Below, in pieces: positions 18,597 to 31,624 of a stretch of 64,000 nucleotides of DNA (within the stretch, counting starts at the first letter, position 1; every line of letters begins with the position of its first letter). The notes under the pieces were generated by a model, which saw only the letters and a program-made list of their open reading frames with translations, searched no databases and was not told the origin of the DNA. The position numbers were made by a program, and so were the translations under genes. This DNA comes from Tubulanus polymorphus (Eukaryota; Animalia; Nemertea), in assembly GCF_964204645.1 (NCBI RefSeq), contig NC_134034.1, positions 3,737,814-3,801,813 of the forward strand. Reading direction: 5' to 3'.

Positions 18597-19447
18597 CAGT
18601 CAAAGCTCGTTATACTGCCATCCGTCAACTTAGAGGACTGCTACATCAACCCGAGAAAAACTACAATGAACTATCGGACTAATTACACATAGAAAATGAC
18701 CAAACAATATAAAAATGCACAGAATGATCTTCAACCTTGTAATATAGCTATTTCCAAAATTTCGATGTATTGAATTAGGCAGCCAAGAAAATTCACCCCA
18801 ATCAGTCGCTTGCCGGTTCGGACTGGTTGGAAGATCGTTTGAATGAACCGGAACCGAATTTACCAATTACGTACTTCGATTTATACAAACAATTCTGTTA
18901 ACTCGACCGCCGATCACACGACTATATCTGTACCGGTACTTCGATTTCCGATTTCAAAATCAAACCCCCTGTTCCGCTCCCGGCAGGTGTGGCTGGTCTA
19001 TAAGGGACACCAAATCAAAAAATCAAACGAAATTTGCCAACCAAATAAATACCACCAAATTTAGTTCATTTGGTATCTATTTGTATGTAAATTAGCTCTC
19101 GTTATATCACCTCTTACCATCCGTCATAATGCCAACGAAATCCTAGAACATAAAACTCATGGTAAAAGCATTCGTTATACCGCCAACGATCTTTCATCAA
19201 TGGCGTCGTTTTCAGTCTTTTGGTTAATAATCGATACATGTGGACGGCAGTATCACACGTCTACTCCGTCATTTTTTTTCTATTATCTAAATGAAATGAG
19301 CTAAGATCATTCTTAAATTAAGATCAACTTATGTCTAAATCTGGATTTGGTTGCTAGTCATGTTGTGTATACTCTCCCAATTGTCATTTCGTTATACCGC
19401 CAAAATCCTGTAGGTTCCAGGACTGACGTTGTAACGAGCTTCGGCTG
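18597..19447. mobile_element. ~850-bp non-autonomous Tc1/mariner-type element, TA TSD
   Basis: TA-CAGTCAAAGCTCGTTATA ... TGTAACGAGCTTCGGCTG-TA; no transposase ORF. Confidence 0.7.
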
Positions 19448-20610
19448 TATGTAATCAAATCACATATTTTCCGAGACAAATTTTGTCCCGGAACTGCTTG
19501 TAACCGGATTCTAAACTTTGGCCCAAACAGTGACGGTGGGATATCGCGGCAACCGCGACGTATCATTCAGAAGACTCGATCGCTCAGTCCGGTCGTGTCA
19601 TAGAGACTCAAGTCCGTGGCGCTAATCATCGAGAACGATTCAATTCATATCGAAAGTTTTCAATAGGGATCACAGGTTATCGAGGTTATTCGAGTATTCA
19701 CAGCGACGCATATCGTTATGGATTATGACCACGTATACGAAATGTACTAGACGTGTGCGTGTGTGTCACCCTGGTCAGGCTGTGGTTGTTCGCCGTTACG
19801 AGCGGTTCGTCGCCGCTGATTCTGCAGGATTCTATATTATATTGTAAGTTGAAATTATATTTGGTCGGTTTAATTCGAAAATGTACACAATGCGCATTTT
19901 CGTCAATTATTGTTGATATTCGTTACACTAAATTTCTTGGTTCAGATAGACGTAGCAAATGCTAGATATTCGTGTCCGACCTTAATCGGTTCGACAATTG
20001 TTTAAACTGAAATATCATACTTATCGAAGACTCGGAATGATGCTGTGTCTAGCAAAGATTTATTGATTTACTCGCATACCAGGTGCGATCTCGGCTATTT
20101 CCAGTCTTGTGTTTGTTTGTTGAGTGTTTGAACTCCGCCGAATGACCGAATCGCCGAATTCAGTTGAAATTCGATTAAATACATTGATTAATGAAATTTA
20201 CTGATGGGACATTTTTACCGCTATTGTGAATATATATTTCTCGGTTTAAAACGTATTGGTGAATTCATCGTTCGCGGTTTCGAATATCTTATTATCCATG
20301 AATAAATATTAGTGTGGCCAGCTTAATTTAATCTTAATTTAGGGTACTTTAATCTTAAAATCACGGAATTACTAAGACTGGACTTATTACCGCTAGCAGC
20401 AAAACAACACGAATTTAGTGTTATCTGGCCGTCAATCATGACACGTCGTATCTAGTTTTAAAAGACGGATCGTCCTTCTATCTCGATAGCAAATTTATAT
20501 TTTGCATTTACTTGGCTACAAATTAATTAAAAAGTCTATGTCTTGATCGAATTCGGTGATTCGACGTAGTTCAAACGCCGTGGTATTATATCTACACTGA
20601 TATCTACACT

Positions 20611-20821
20611 AATAAGATAAAATCCCACTATTTACAGATTAAAAGAATTTAAAAACCGGAATTTATTTATTCAATCAAAAATATATAAAAGACACGACGT
20701 TTCGATCTCACCCTAGAGCTCTTCGTCAGGTGTGGTCAGGTTTTTAAATTCTTTTAATCTGTAAATAGTGGGATTTTATCTTATTATCCGTTCACCACGT
20801 TTGAGAGTGGTTATCGTTCTA
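20611..20821. mobile_element. Penelope-like foldback element with 13-bp TSD
   Basis: ~47-bp perfect inverted repeat (20611-20657 / ~20739-20785); TGATATCTACACT at 20598-20610 and 20822-20834; contains a hammerhead motif. Confidence 0.8.
20692..20733 (-). ncRNA. Minimal type I hammerhead ribozyme motif
   Basis: Minus strand: ACAC-CUGACGA-A-GAGCUC(UAGGGU)GAGAUC-GAAA-CG-UC-GUGU; stem I ACAC/GUGU, stem II 5 of 6 pairs, vestigial palindromic stem III, GUC cleavage triplet. Confidence 0.75.
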
Positions 20822-21980
20822 TGATATCTACACTGTTGACAATTTTGTATTTTTCCCTGTACGTTGTGATGATTTATTTTTTACAGAAATCCGTCGTAAC
20901 AGGATTTAATGTTGTGTCAGTCCAAATACTACGACACGAGTTGAAATATGGATCGGGAATCGTGCCGGCGCGGCCAATGCACGAATGGATTGCGCGAATT
21001 GTAAGTATATACCAATTTCATTAGATTCAGAATTATTTGGTGGTTTTATGCTGCATTACGAAATGTAGTATTTTTTTTCTGCAAACCGTTTTACAAAACC
21101 CACTCCAAACTCGAATATATATTTGGACCTAGACCGATTTTCATAGAATGCTATGAACTTTTACCCGGGGCTAACTGACTTGAAAATGAATTGAGCTAGC
21201 GCCACAGGTAAAAGTTAATACCAGTAATTCACGTTCGACTTAGAGCCTCGATATATCTAGAAAATTGTGGAGTTAATATTGATAATCAAATGCAAACGGT
21301 TCGAATTTATTTCTCCGCATTCGGTCATAATTCTTACTTGAAAGTATTTGATTTGAACCGTGCTAGGTGTGACCGGAGGTCACAGCATTCGTTTCGTTAG
21401 TATAGGCGGACTGTGACTTCCGGCTGGGTGACGACAGTGGGTTAACATAGTGACTCATATTCCATCTAACTGGCTTTGAATTACTAGTTTATTATATCAA
21501 AAACCAGTTTTTATGATGCAACACAATTACATAATACTGTATGGCGGGTACATGAAGATAATTAAAGGCATATAAATACATAATATACCAAAGGTGATTG
21601 AAAGCCTTTTCACACAGATTTATGACATACATGGCATATATCTATGTGGTCATCACACTGCACATAGTTAGATTACCCCTTCATCAGTTGAAGACGGGTA
21701 TTAAAGGCTTTCCTAAGAACAGTAGAAAGATTGTATGATTTACTAGTACTGGAAATTAAGTGGATGAATTTTTCTTTGTTCGGTTTTTTCCAGTAAGTTC
21801 TTGGAATATAGCTTTGTCTTAAGCCAGAGTATGCAGGACGGATTAAGGCAAAATGATATTCGTCCTCAATTTTATTCAGATTACAACATCTGCAAATACG
21901 ATTATCATATGGTATCTTGGGTCTGGCCCAGCGTCCAGTTTCGACTAATAGATCATCATGACTAGAACATCTAAACCTTA

Positions 21981-22628
21981 AGGAGGGCGTAGGTCGGCCT
22001 TGCGACGGCTTGCGACTCACTGCGACGCGACTCACTGCGACCGCCAGCGACGATCGCGTCGTAACGACTCACTGACCTACGCTACCTCGCGACTGCCAGC
22101 GACGCCAGTCGCAATGAGTCGCACATGTTCTACTTTCTGCGACGCGACGCGACCGTCGCAACCGACCTGCGTGCTGTTGCGACTGGCAGCAACTAGTCGC
22201 AGACTACCGCATCGCAATCGACTTGCGCGGCCACTTGTGACGCAACGCGACGATCGCGTCGCATCGCAAGGCCGACCTACGCCCGCCTTAAGGCGGGCGT
22301 AGGTCGGCCTTTCTACGGCTTGCGACTCACTGCGACGCGACTCACTGCGACCACCTGCGACGATCGCGTCGCAGCGACTCACCGACCTACGCTACCTTGC
22401 GACTGCCAGCGACGGGTTGCGACTGCTCGCGACGCCAGTCGCAATGAGTCGCACATGTTCTACTTTCTGCGACGCGACGTGACAGTCGCAACCGACCTGC
22501 GTGCTGTTGCAACTGGCAGCAACTAGTCGCACACAGTAGCTGACGACTGCATCGCAACCGACTTGCGCGGCCACTTGTGACGCAACTCGACGATCGCGTC
22601 GCGTCGCAAGGCCGACCTACGCCCGGCT
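21981..22628. mobile_element. Head-to-tail dimer of the GC-rich palindromic MITE (21981-22288 + 22291-22628), TTA TSD
   Basis: Both units match 6691-7028 in reverse; removing the dimer and one TTA restores the host LINE frame KDVRIRIVRFRCSSHD. Confidence 0.88.
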
Positions 22629-23264
22629 TTACAATCCTTATACGTACATCCTTGGGTAAACCTAGATATGATTCATAAATTACTCCCTTCTTAAATTCAC
22701 GAAAATATTTGGCTTAAGATGAGTTTTTTTTAAAAAGTATGCCATTGCTGCTTGAACTGATCAAGCATTCTAACCTCGACTGAGCGCAAGAACCGCTTTC
22801 CATTGTCTAACCAGAATTGGCTATATCCTAGACCATTCAATAGATTTCTAACTAAAGAAGCCCAATTAATAACACGGTGATCGCGTATGATATCATCTAA
22901 CATTTGATTGTACATCAGCTTAGTTTCTTGGGTTTAGTTTTAATCATATTAAGCCAGTATTTCACAATTAACATTCTTTGCTGAATAAATATTGGATATT
23001 GACCAATTTCACTTAACACAAAATTATCAGGTGTTTTTAATCAGGAGTTTTTAACTCCCAAGATGTATTCATAAAATTTGAGAGGGATTCCCTCCAGTTT
23101 TCTGTAGCTTGAAGCCCAATATTTGGCAGCCATAAGTTAAAACATGTATTGCCAGGCTGTTATAGAATTTAATGGCTAGCCTGGGTGTATCTCTTGGATA
23201 CTGTGGGAGGTATTTTCTGAAGTTATAGTACCCGGTATATATGCTGATACTCCCCGAGACGCAG

Positions 23265-23402
23265 GGGCCGGTTGCATAGTCATGGCTTAGACATAAGACA
23301 GGTCTAAGACCAACTTAGTTCTATAGCCAATCTAACAACTTAAGACTGGTCTTAAGATTTAAGACCACTTTTTGACTTAAGTCACGACTGTGCAACTGGC
23401 CC
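23265..23402. mobile_element. 138-bp PIF/Harbinger-type MITE, CAG TSD
   Basis: GGGCCGGTTGCATAG ... CTGTGCAACTGGCCC flanked by CAG; same family and length as 4268-4405; further partial copies near 232-300 and 31727-32025. Confidence 0.85.
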
Positions 23403-24439
23403 CAGGATTGTTGATAGTTACATCATGTTTTCCATTGAAATTGAATTCCATACCTAAGTATGTAAAGCAAATTACACTTTTTTATTACTTGTCCGTCGAT
23501 CCTCAGGACAAAATATCTTACATTCTTGACTGCTTTTCTAAAGACGACAGTTTTCGTTTTTTTCATAATTAATTCCGATATGCATTACATGACAGTAATC
23601 TAAAATATTATCAAGGGCACCTCAAAAATATTATCAAGGGCACCTCCTTTTGGCGTCTCGGCGAGTATAACCGCATCATCAGCATATAACAATGATAAGA
23701 GTTTGAATGTACCTCAGTCAATTCCATCATAATCATTGCTTTAAAATGCTCTTCCATATCATTGATAAACAGATTAAGAAGAAGAGGAGATATACACTCT
23801 CCCTGTCTTACTCCAATGTGACATACAAAATACTCAGTCAAATCGTTATGCTGCTTTACGCACGATTTCGTTGTTCTATACATGGAGTGCATTATTCTAA
23901 GGATTTTAGATAAACCATAAAAACCATAAACCCTACTTTGGAGTTGGTTCATCAGAGTTGACCGGTCAACTAAGTCAATAGCTTTAGAAAAATCTAGGAA
24001 AGCAGCACAGACTTTGTTACCATACTAATAAAAAGATTTTACAATTTAATTTAGGACAAACATTTGGTCTATAGTGCTGCATGATGGTCTAAAACCTGCT
24101 TGCGATTCGGAAAGGACTGGAAAAGCCTCGCACCAGGAAGATAATCTTGTATCCAATATGGTTGAAAACAACTTTCCAAAATCAATGACTACTTAGTGGA
24201 TATAATGGGGATATTTAGAGACAAATTGAAACGGCGGACGGCCCCGGGTTCCTGGAGGTCCCGGTCGAAGGTAAAGAATTTATGTTTTTGACATTTAGGA
24301 GGGTCCTATCGATCCCTGAATTTCATGATCATCAAAAACCATCGGAAACATCCTAATTTAGCCCAAGGAAGCGCATTGGACCGTCTAGAAGTCATGTGAA
24401 AATGATGGCACCTTAAAAAGTGAAACAAAATAATAGATA

Positions 24440-26204
24440 ATAAACCATTTTACAGTTGGTAGCCGCCATTTTGTTAGGGTACTTTTGTCCCGTATTGTTG
24501 GGTCATTTTTTTCTCTTTTTTAAAAACTATCCGTGATGTGTATTGTATCATATTTCATCTGTCCATGGATGGATTTTGACAACTTCAGCAACATTCAAAC
24601 CGCGTGAATCTCTAGTTTTCAGTTATGTTAAAATCATTTCTCAAATTTACAACAATGCGACATGAGAGTGATATAAAAATCGGTGGTCAGTTTTTGCCGT
24701 GCGCATAGAAATCCAGGGTACTGAACTTTGAAGTTCGTTATTTTCAGAAATAATTTTCTAAAAAATCCAAACATTTCAAGCACTGTGCGCATAAACGCCC
24801 CCTTTCAGGTGAACTTTGAAATTTTAAGATATCTTGCCTAGTTTTTTTCCTATGGCACGTTAACTGCAGCGCGTGTATTGTCATTCCGAGATTCGGCGCT
24901 GTTTTCTTTGCGTGTATTTCAGTATATGGGCGTTATTTCTTCATTTTCACTACACTTGTCTCTACGGAAAATGGTTTTAATTGTTGGTACGAGTATCAGG
25001 TTTAAATATCACGTCGTTTATGCAATATAATAGATCGGGGACATTAGAGATGTTGGGGTTTAAGGGATTTTTCTGACCAGTTTTAGCAGCGAGACTGAGC
25101 GGCATTTTGATCACGCATTCGAAGTTGCGCGCGGGAAGAGAATATATGGGCCTATATTGAGATGGAAGAAGAAAAGAAATATAGCACTCAAAATCGAGTA
25201 TGATGACCATTTAAATCAGTAGTCTATCAATAAATTTACATAAAAATCTACTGAAATTAGATGGATGGAGAAGTGGTCAAAAAGCTGGACAAATGGGGTG
25301 GGGCAAATATTCAGCTATTTTCTATGAATACTTTCTATTGAGTACACTCAAGATTGATTAGATTGGGAAGAAAATATAGGAAAACGTTTTCTTGTTTTGG
25401 TGGTGAAATATCAAGTATCAAGTTCGAATGCCAGACGCAGATGATAAAAAGTAAAAAGTGACATCTACCATCACAAAAACGCAAGAAGTGTGTGGATTGC
25501 ATTTACAACAAAAGAGTGATATTTTGGGTTTTCTTGGGTGCATGTACGTAAGCCTCTGCCTGCCGTAAAAGCGGTTACCATTACAGCCATTACGAACTAG
25601 CGCCGGAGAACGGAATACAGTATTAATGCCGTAATATTTAAACCTGATACTCGTACCAACAATTAAAACCATTTTCCGTAGAGACAAGTGTAGTGAAAAT
25701 GAAGAAATAACACCCATATACTGAAATACACGCAAAGAAAACAGCGCCAAATCTCGGAATGACAATACACGCGCTGCAGTTAAAGAGCCATAGGAAAAAA
25801 ACGAGGCAAGATATCTTAAAATTTCAAAGTTCACATAAAAGGGGGCGTTTATGCGCACAGTGCTTGAAATGTTTGGATTTTTTAGAAAATTATTTCTGAA
25901 AATAACGAACTTCAAAGTTCAGTACCCTGGATTTCTATGCGCAAGGAAAAAACTGACCACCGATTTTTATATCGCTCTCATGTCGCATTGTTGTAAATTT
26001 GAGAAATGATTTTTTACATAACTGAAAACTAGAGATTCACGCGGTTTGAATGTTGCTGAAGTTGTCAAAATCCATCCATGGACAGATGAAATATGATACA
26101 ATACACATCACGGATAGTTTTTAAAAAAGAGAAAAAAATGACCCAACAATACGGGACAAAAGTACCCTAACAAAATGGCGGCTAGCAACTGTAAAATGGT
26201 TTAT
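24440..26204. mobile_element. Non-autonomous DNA transposon with ~570-bp terminal inverted repeats
   Basis: 24440-25009 is the near-perfect reverse complement of 25634-26204; termini ATAAACCATTTTACAGTTG; 624-bp spacer without a recognisable transposase. Confidence 0.9.
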
Positions 26205-26569
26205 CATAATCGAGATAGTAAGGTCGGACGAAAAAAACCAAACAAAACTAAATGAAAACGATTTCCATGTATTCGTGCGATGTTTCAGTTCGAATTATGA
26301 ACACGGTCAGTCTGGTAATATCTGCCTTGTGGTGGCGGTGTCCCAGTGCATTTTCACCGTCCACTTAACGGTATCGTGACTTAATCCTTTTATCTAGAAG
26401 TCCAGAAAAAAATACGTCGTCGTATCACCACTGAAATCATGTTATACATTCGTTCCGAACGAAACCAGTTCCGAGGATTCAATCTTACGATATAGGCAGG
26501 TGCTAAAGAAATTAGATAAATCGGTATCTATAATATGGAGCCAGACCTAGTAAATGTGATAGAAGGCGC

Positions 26570-27380
26570 GACGTGCGTGACGTTATGTGTCTATGTGACC
26601 AAATCGCCCGTGTGTGATGTGCCCATGCGTGACCAAACCTACCTGTGTGTGACCAAACCTGTCCATGTATGACATAACCTACCCGTGCGTGACGTTATGC
26701 GTCCATGCGAGACATAATGCGTCCATGCGTGACATTATGTACCCGTACGTGACCAAACCTGCCCATGCATGACCAAACATACCCAAACCTAGCCGTGCAT
26801 GACGTTATGTACCCATGCGTGACCAAACCTGCCCATGCGTGACCAAACCTGCCCATGCGTGACCAAACCTGCTCATGCATGACCAAACCTACCCGTGCGT
26901 GACCAAGCCTACCCGTGCGTGACGTTATGTGGCCATGTGTGACCAAACCTGCCCATGCATGACCAAACCTACCCGTGCGTGACCAAACATGCCCATGCGT
27001 GACCAAACCTACCCGTGCGTGACGTTATGTGGCCATGCGTGACTAAACCTGCCCATGCATGACCAAACCTACCCGTGCGTGGCCAAACCTACCCGTGCGT
27101 GACGTTATATGTCCGTGCGTGACCAAACCTACCCGTGCGTGACGTTGTGCCCATGTGTGACCAAACCTGCCCATGCGTGACCAAACCTGCCCATGCATGA
27201 CCAAACCTACCCGTGCGTGACCAAACCTACCCGTACGTGACCATACCTACCCGTGCGTGACTAAACCTACCCGTGCGTGACGTTATGTGTCCGTGCGTGA
27301 CCAAACCTACTCTTGCGTGACCAAACCTACCCATGCGTGAATGACGTTATATGCTCGAACGCGACTAAACCTGCCCATGT
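26570..27380. repeat. ~20-bp minisatellite, ~40 units, two variant types (GTGACCAAACCT.CCC.TGC and GTGACGTTATGT..CC.TGC)
   Basis: Directly visible 20-nt periodicity. Confidence 0.95.
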
Positions 27381-27807
27381 GGGGATGAGATTTGCTCATG
27401 TGCGACGGACAACTGAAACAGTTGCACCTGAGCCCAGTGAAAGAATGGCAAATCTATGCATATATCATGACTCCGAGTTTTAGGACTCGCAACCGCCTTT
27501 AGCTTGAATGCCCTATTTATTTTGTAGAGTGAAGTAGTAAGGATGATACTGTAAGGGGTTGAATTACTAATGATGCGTTAGTCGTAAAAACTTAAAAAAT
27601 GCGGAACGACAGGGTTTGTAAGTATGAATCCAATTCAATATCTGTAAATTAGGTCAAGATATTTCTAAAACTTATCATAAAAATCTCGAATTAATGAGTT
27701 ATAATTATGATATTCAACGAGGCTGAATTGAGGTCGAAGTCTCACCTCAGAATAAGTAGATTATGCGAAGGCTGGAGGTAGCCTGATACTGTTACTGATC
27801 GACAATC

Positions 27808-28339
27808 AACCATTTTACAGTTGCTAGCCGCCATTTTGTCAGGGTATCTTGTCCTGTATTGTCGGGTCATTTTTTTCTCTACCTCTCGAGACAAGAATAG
27901 TGAAAAATTAAAAGAAACGCCCATAAACACATAGAAAACAGCGCCGGCACGATATCTTCACAATTAAAAGTTCACTTGATAGGGGCGTTATTGTGCACAA
28001 TTCCTGAAATGTTTGAATTTATGGAAAAATATTTCTAAAAATTACGAACTTCAAACTTGAGTACCCTAAATTAGATCGCACGCAGCAAAAATTGGCCACA
28101 GTTTTTTTTTATATCGCTCTCACGTCGTATCGTTGCGAATTTGCCAAATGAATTTCACATACCAGAAAACTAGAGATTCACACGGTTTGGATTTTACTAA
28201 AACTGTCGTAATCCATCTACAGACCAATGAAATACGATAAAACACGCTTCACAAATGGATTTAAAAAAAGAGAAAAAATGACCCAGCGATACAGGATAAA
28301 GTACCCTAACAAAATAGCGGCTAGCAACTGTAAAATGGT
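27808..28339. mobile_element. Internally deleted, diverged relative of the 570-bp-TIR element
   Basis: Ends AACCATTTTACAGTTGCTAGCCGCCATTTTG / AATAGCGGCTAGCAACTGTAAAATGGT; interior aligns with parts of 25700-26200. Confidence 0.8.
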
Positions 28340-28547
28340 ATATTCCGACAATTTTCGATGAGCTGGGATCGATGGGCATTTGTTGATGGATGGGCTGATT
28401 GCTTCCGTAGATGACCCTAATAGAAAGTGTCTTGGATCGAAGGGCTAGGTATTTACCTGCTTAACCCTTATATACGGGACCGAGGGACTGGGTGATAATT
28501 ACCCTTATATAAAAGTTTCCATCAACCTCAACAATTTAAAATCGTCG

Positions 28548-28860
28548 CAATGGGGTAACGGCACCGCTTCAGTGGCAATCGAGGAGTCCACGTATGGCAG
28601 GCAAGGATCCGCCAGGTGTCACTAGTGGTAACTCGGTTACCGCACTTCAATTTCTTCTACATTTCAATGAAATTCGGGTCAACTTTTTTCATTAGTAAAT
28701 CAATTTCTAACAAAACTGTACCATACACTTATTGGGAACGTTAATCTTGCCCAATTCGACAACGTTTCCATTTGGGAGCCTAAAAATCCTGATCAAAGCT
28801 CATAAAAATGAACTACAGAGTGTATAGTAGCGCCATCTGGTTTGTGCCGATACCCCATTG
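28548..28860. mobile_element. MITE with CAATGGGGTA(A/T)CGGCAC TIRs
   Basis: CAATGGGGTAACGGCAC ... GTGCCGATACCCCATTG; homolog of 1404-1714. Confidence 0.75.
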
Positions 28861-30759
28861 TCCTCAAGTATATCCAATTAAACCCTCACTATCGAACCAT
28901 ATTGATCTATTTTGGAGTATAACCTAGTATTGACCTATAACGCCTCCTAAGAACGACCATGAATAACATGTATATAGCGTCATAAAATATGGCGGAATTT
29001 TGTCTTCAAATTGAGTTAGATCTGTTTTGATCGTTTCAGGGGGCGTTGTGACCATGAAAAAGGACGGCAGCGAAACAGCAGACTTTTGTCGAAGTAACGA
29101 AGGACGTAATTGTGAATGAAATAGAATATGAAAAATATTATTTAGAATATCGCTGCTAGTGTTATCTTTCAATTCATGTTGGACGTCAGTGTTTAGTTCT
29201 TTAAGGAAATTCTGAAGTGATGTGGTCATAGAACGTAATGAACGAATCATGTTTGAAACCTAACCATCTTCAAGATACAAGTTCCGAGGTGAAGTGCGAA
29301 TCGAAACTACTTGCACGGCGAGACCCCCGAAAAGGCGGTTATGAGGGATAAAATTAAGGGATAAGATTACTGCTACAGTAAAAAGTGACTGCTACACGAT
29401 GGTTTAATTGATGCGTCATAATATTTGAATTAATGTAGAATCTATCAATCTCTTGCCTGAACATTGAACCCACTTCAAACAGACGATATCACCAATCATT
29501 GTGATTAATGAATGTCCACACTTCACAAGTGTTTAGGGATTCACCCGAGATATTAACAAGTAATACCGATAAATTAGACGGTGTTCCGAGTTCGCTGAAT
29601 CGACGGACCACTGAATTTCTGAAAAGCTGGATGGCTGAATTTTATCATATTCTTATCAGTGTTTCCCCAATTTCACTCATTTAGTCAAATCATTGTAGAA
29701 TGAACAATATGATAATATCGGTGGCTCCATATTTGATGACAGTAGAGCATTTAAAGCAAGATTAAAGTATTATATTAGTATTCGAATTTGGAATCGCAAG
29801 CGGTTCAGGACCGACAAACGAGAGTTATTTTTTTACACCCACCAGCCAACAATTTCATTTCAATGAGGACTCCGTGCCACCAGCTATCCCACTAGACGGC
29901 GTGCGTATCAGTGCGACAACCCTATCAAAATCTAGAACTTTCATCTAGATTATTAGCCTCCCTCATCACTAATTAGGCAAATCCCTCTGATAAACTCGGA
30001 TGAACTTTAGGTTCATGTAAAGGGTGAACTTTACTGATCGCCTATCAATTTGATTATGATCGCCATCCAAGAGAATTTAAGAAATTATTGATAGCTTTTA
30101 ATTGAATTTGAGAACAAATCCGAGAGTGGTAGTCTGAATGCCTGAATACACACTAGCGAGCCTGGTGGATCCTCGATTGCCACAGTCGAACATAGAGTCC
30201 TCATTGATACCTGGCAGATAACGCAACAAACGATAAAACTTGGGCATTCAATTGTGCCAATATGTTATTTTGATTTTTACTGACACTGGTAAATTCCCCT
30301 CGTTTAAAAAGAAGGGAGTATAAAAAGAATTTCTGAACGACTACAAAACCCGAAGCACCGGTGATGATCGCCGTTACCGTTGTCCGCAAGCTACTACGTC
30401 AGTTACTGTAGTCCTACTGAAATTTTCCGACATTTCTTATTGCCTGGTTTAAATACGGGCGCAATTTGGGAGATTTCTTTTGAGTAAAAATCACATGTAT
30501 TTAACGTATTCTACTAAAGAAAAAAAATGATTCAGCAAAATTGGATGAAATTCAGCTATTCAGTGATTCATCGATTTAATGAAGTTCGAACACCAGGCAT
30601 TAAATATTCAATCAGCACACTTTTCAAAAACTGATCTTAACACAATAAATGGTGAGTGTCTGACGGTGTGGTTCCGAGTTACAGATTGATATCTATTCTA
30701 AACAGAGGACCCTCGTTATCGCAAACTCATTAGGCCACGCTAAATAATAGCTTAAACGC

Positions 30760-30960
30760 GAAAAATTCCGAAAAATTTCCAGAAAAATAAAGTCGCAAAT
30801 AAATTGGAAGCAAAAATTTAGTCGCTAAAAAATTGTTTCGAAAAAAATGAATTCGCAGAAAAATCGTTTCAAAAAAATTAAGTCGCAGGAAAATCGGGAG
30901 CAAAGAAATCATGTCGCAGATACATTGTTTCCACAAAATAAAGTCGCAGAAAAATTTGAA
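30760..30960. repeat. Degenerate ~30-bp tandem repeat (AAAAT.AAGTCGCAG core)
   Basis: About six copies of A-rich units containing GTCGC. Confidence 0.75.
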
Positions 30961-31449
30961 TAAGGCTTCTTGTTTCTCCCTTGGGCTGGAGGTAAAAATA
31001 AAAACCTGTCGCCCACGTCGTTTCTACAAACAGAGCTGATGAGAAACGAGGGTAATTGATTTCTTTGCGTGACCTAAGTTTTGCCACATATACTATCAAT
31101 GAATGGATCAAGTGAGAAATTAATATCTTCATTCATATCTTAAGATGTTTTTTTTTAAATATTCACGAATGTTATGAATCTTTCGTCTCGCATCCGATAT
31201 TTGATGGTTTAGTCTCTGATAATTTAGCGGTTTACAACGAAGTAGCTTTTAATCGTACATGAATGTAAAAACTTTCTTCAGTCTATTGAATCTGATAAAT
31301 CGTTCGACCTGTCTTAACTCGAATCCTTTCAAGTCAAATTAGCACCTGACACCGCCGAACATAAATCATCAAACCGTTAAAATATATGATTAAAATCAAA
31401 TCCCATTGCTAAATTCCAAATATCGGGTATGATGGCCACCCAGCGCCCA

Positions 31450-31547
31450 CCAGTCTATATTTAGCCAATCAGATGCGTGGCATTCATAGAGCTAATTGCC
31501 GGTTAAAACAATGCTATTATCTGATTGGCTAGATATATAGACTGGTT
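31450..31547. repeat. Small foldback with mirrored CCAAT motifs
   Basis: ACCAGTCTATATTTAGCCAATCAGAT ... ATCTGATTGGCTAGATATATAGACTGGT. Confidence 0.6.
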
Positions 31548-31624
31548 AGCCGCTGAGCGGTAACCTGTCCGCCCAAGAATTATTTTGCAATGTAAAGGAC
31601 CAATGAATTAGGGTAAGCGAGGAT

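Larger units (their letters stand above)
21490..24190 (-). mobile_element. Decayed, 5'-truncated RTE-X-like LINE carrying nested MITEs
   Basis: Fragments GVRQGECISPLLLNLFINDM (23611-23952 ORF), NWASLVRNLLNGLGY, and RFRCSSHD...ETGRW...CRCC...EDEYHF; many frameshifts; boundaries approximate. Confidence 0.85.

Noticed and set aside
25418-25915. 165-aa ORF as a transposase
   Set aside because: Lies mostly within the TIR arm and shows no DDE or DNA-binding motifs.
26570-27380. CRISPR-like array or repeat-protein ORF (26695-27006)
   Set aside because: Contiguous tandem units without unique spacers, eukaryotic context, no cas genes; the ORF is a by-product of the repeat.
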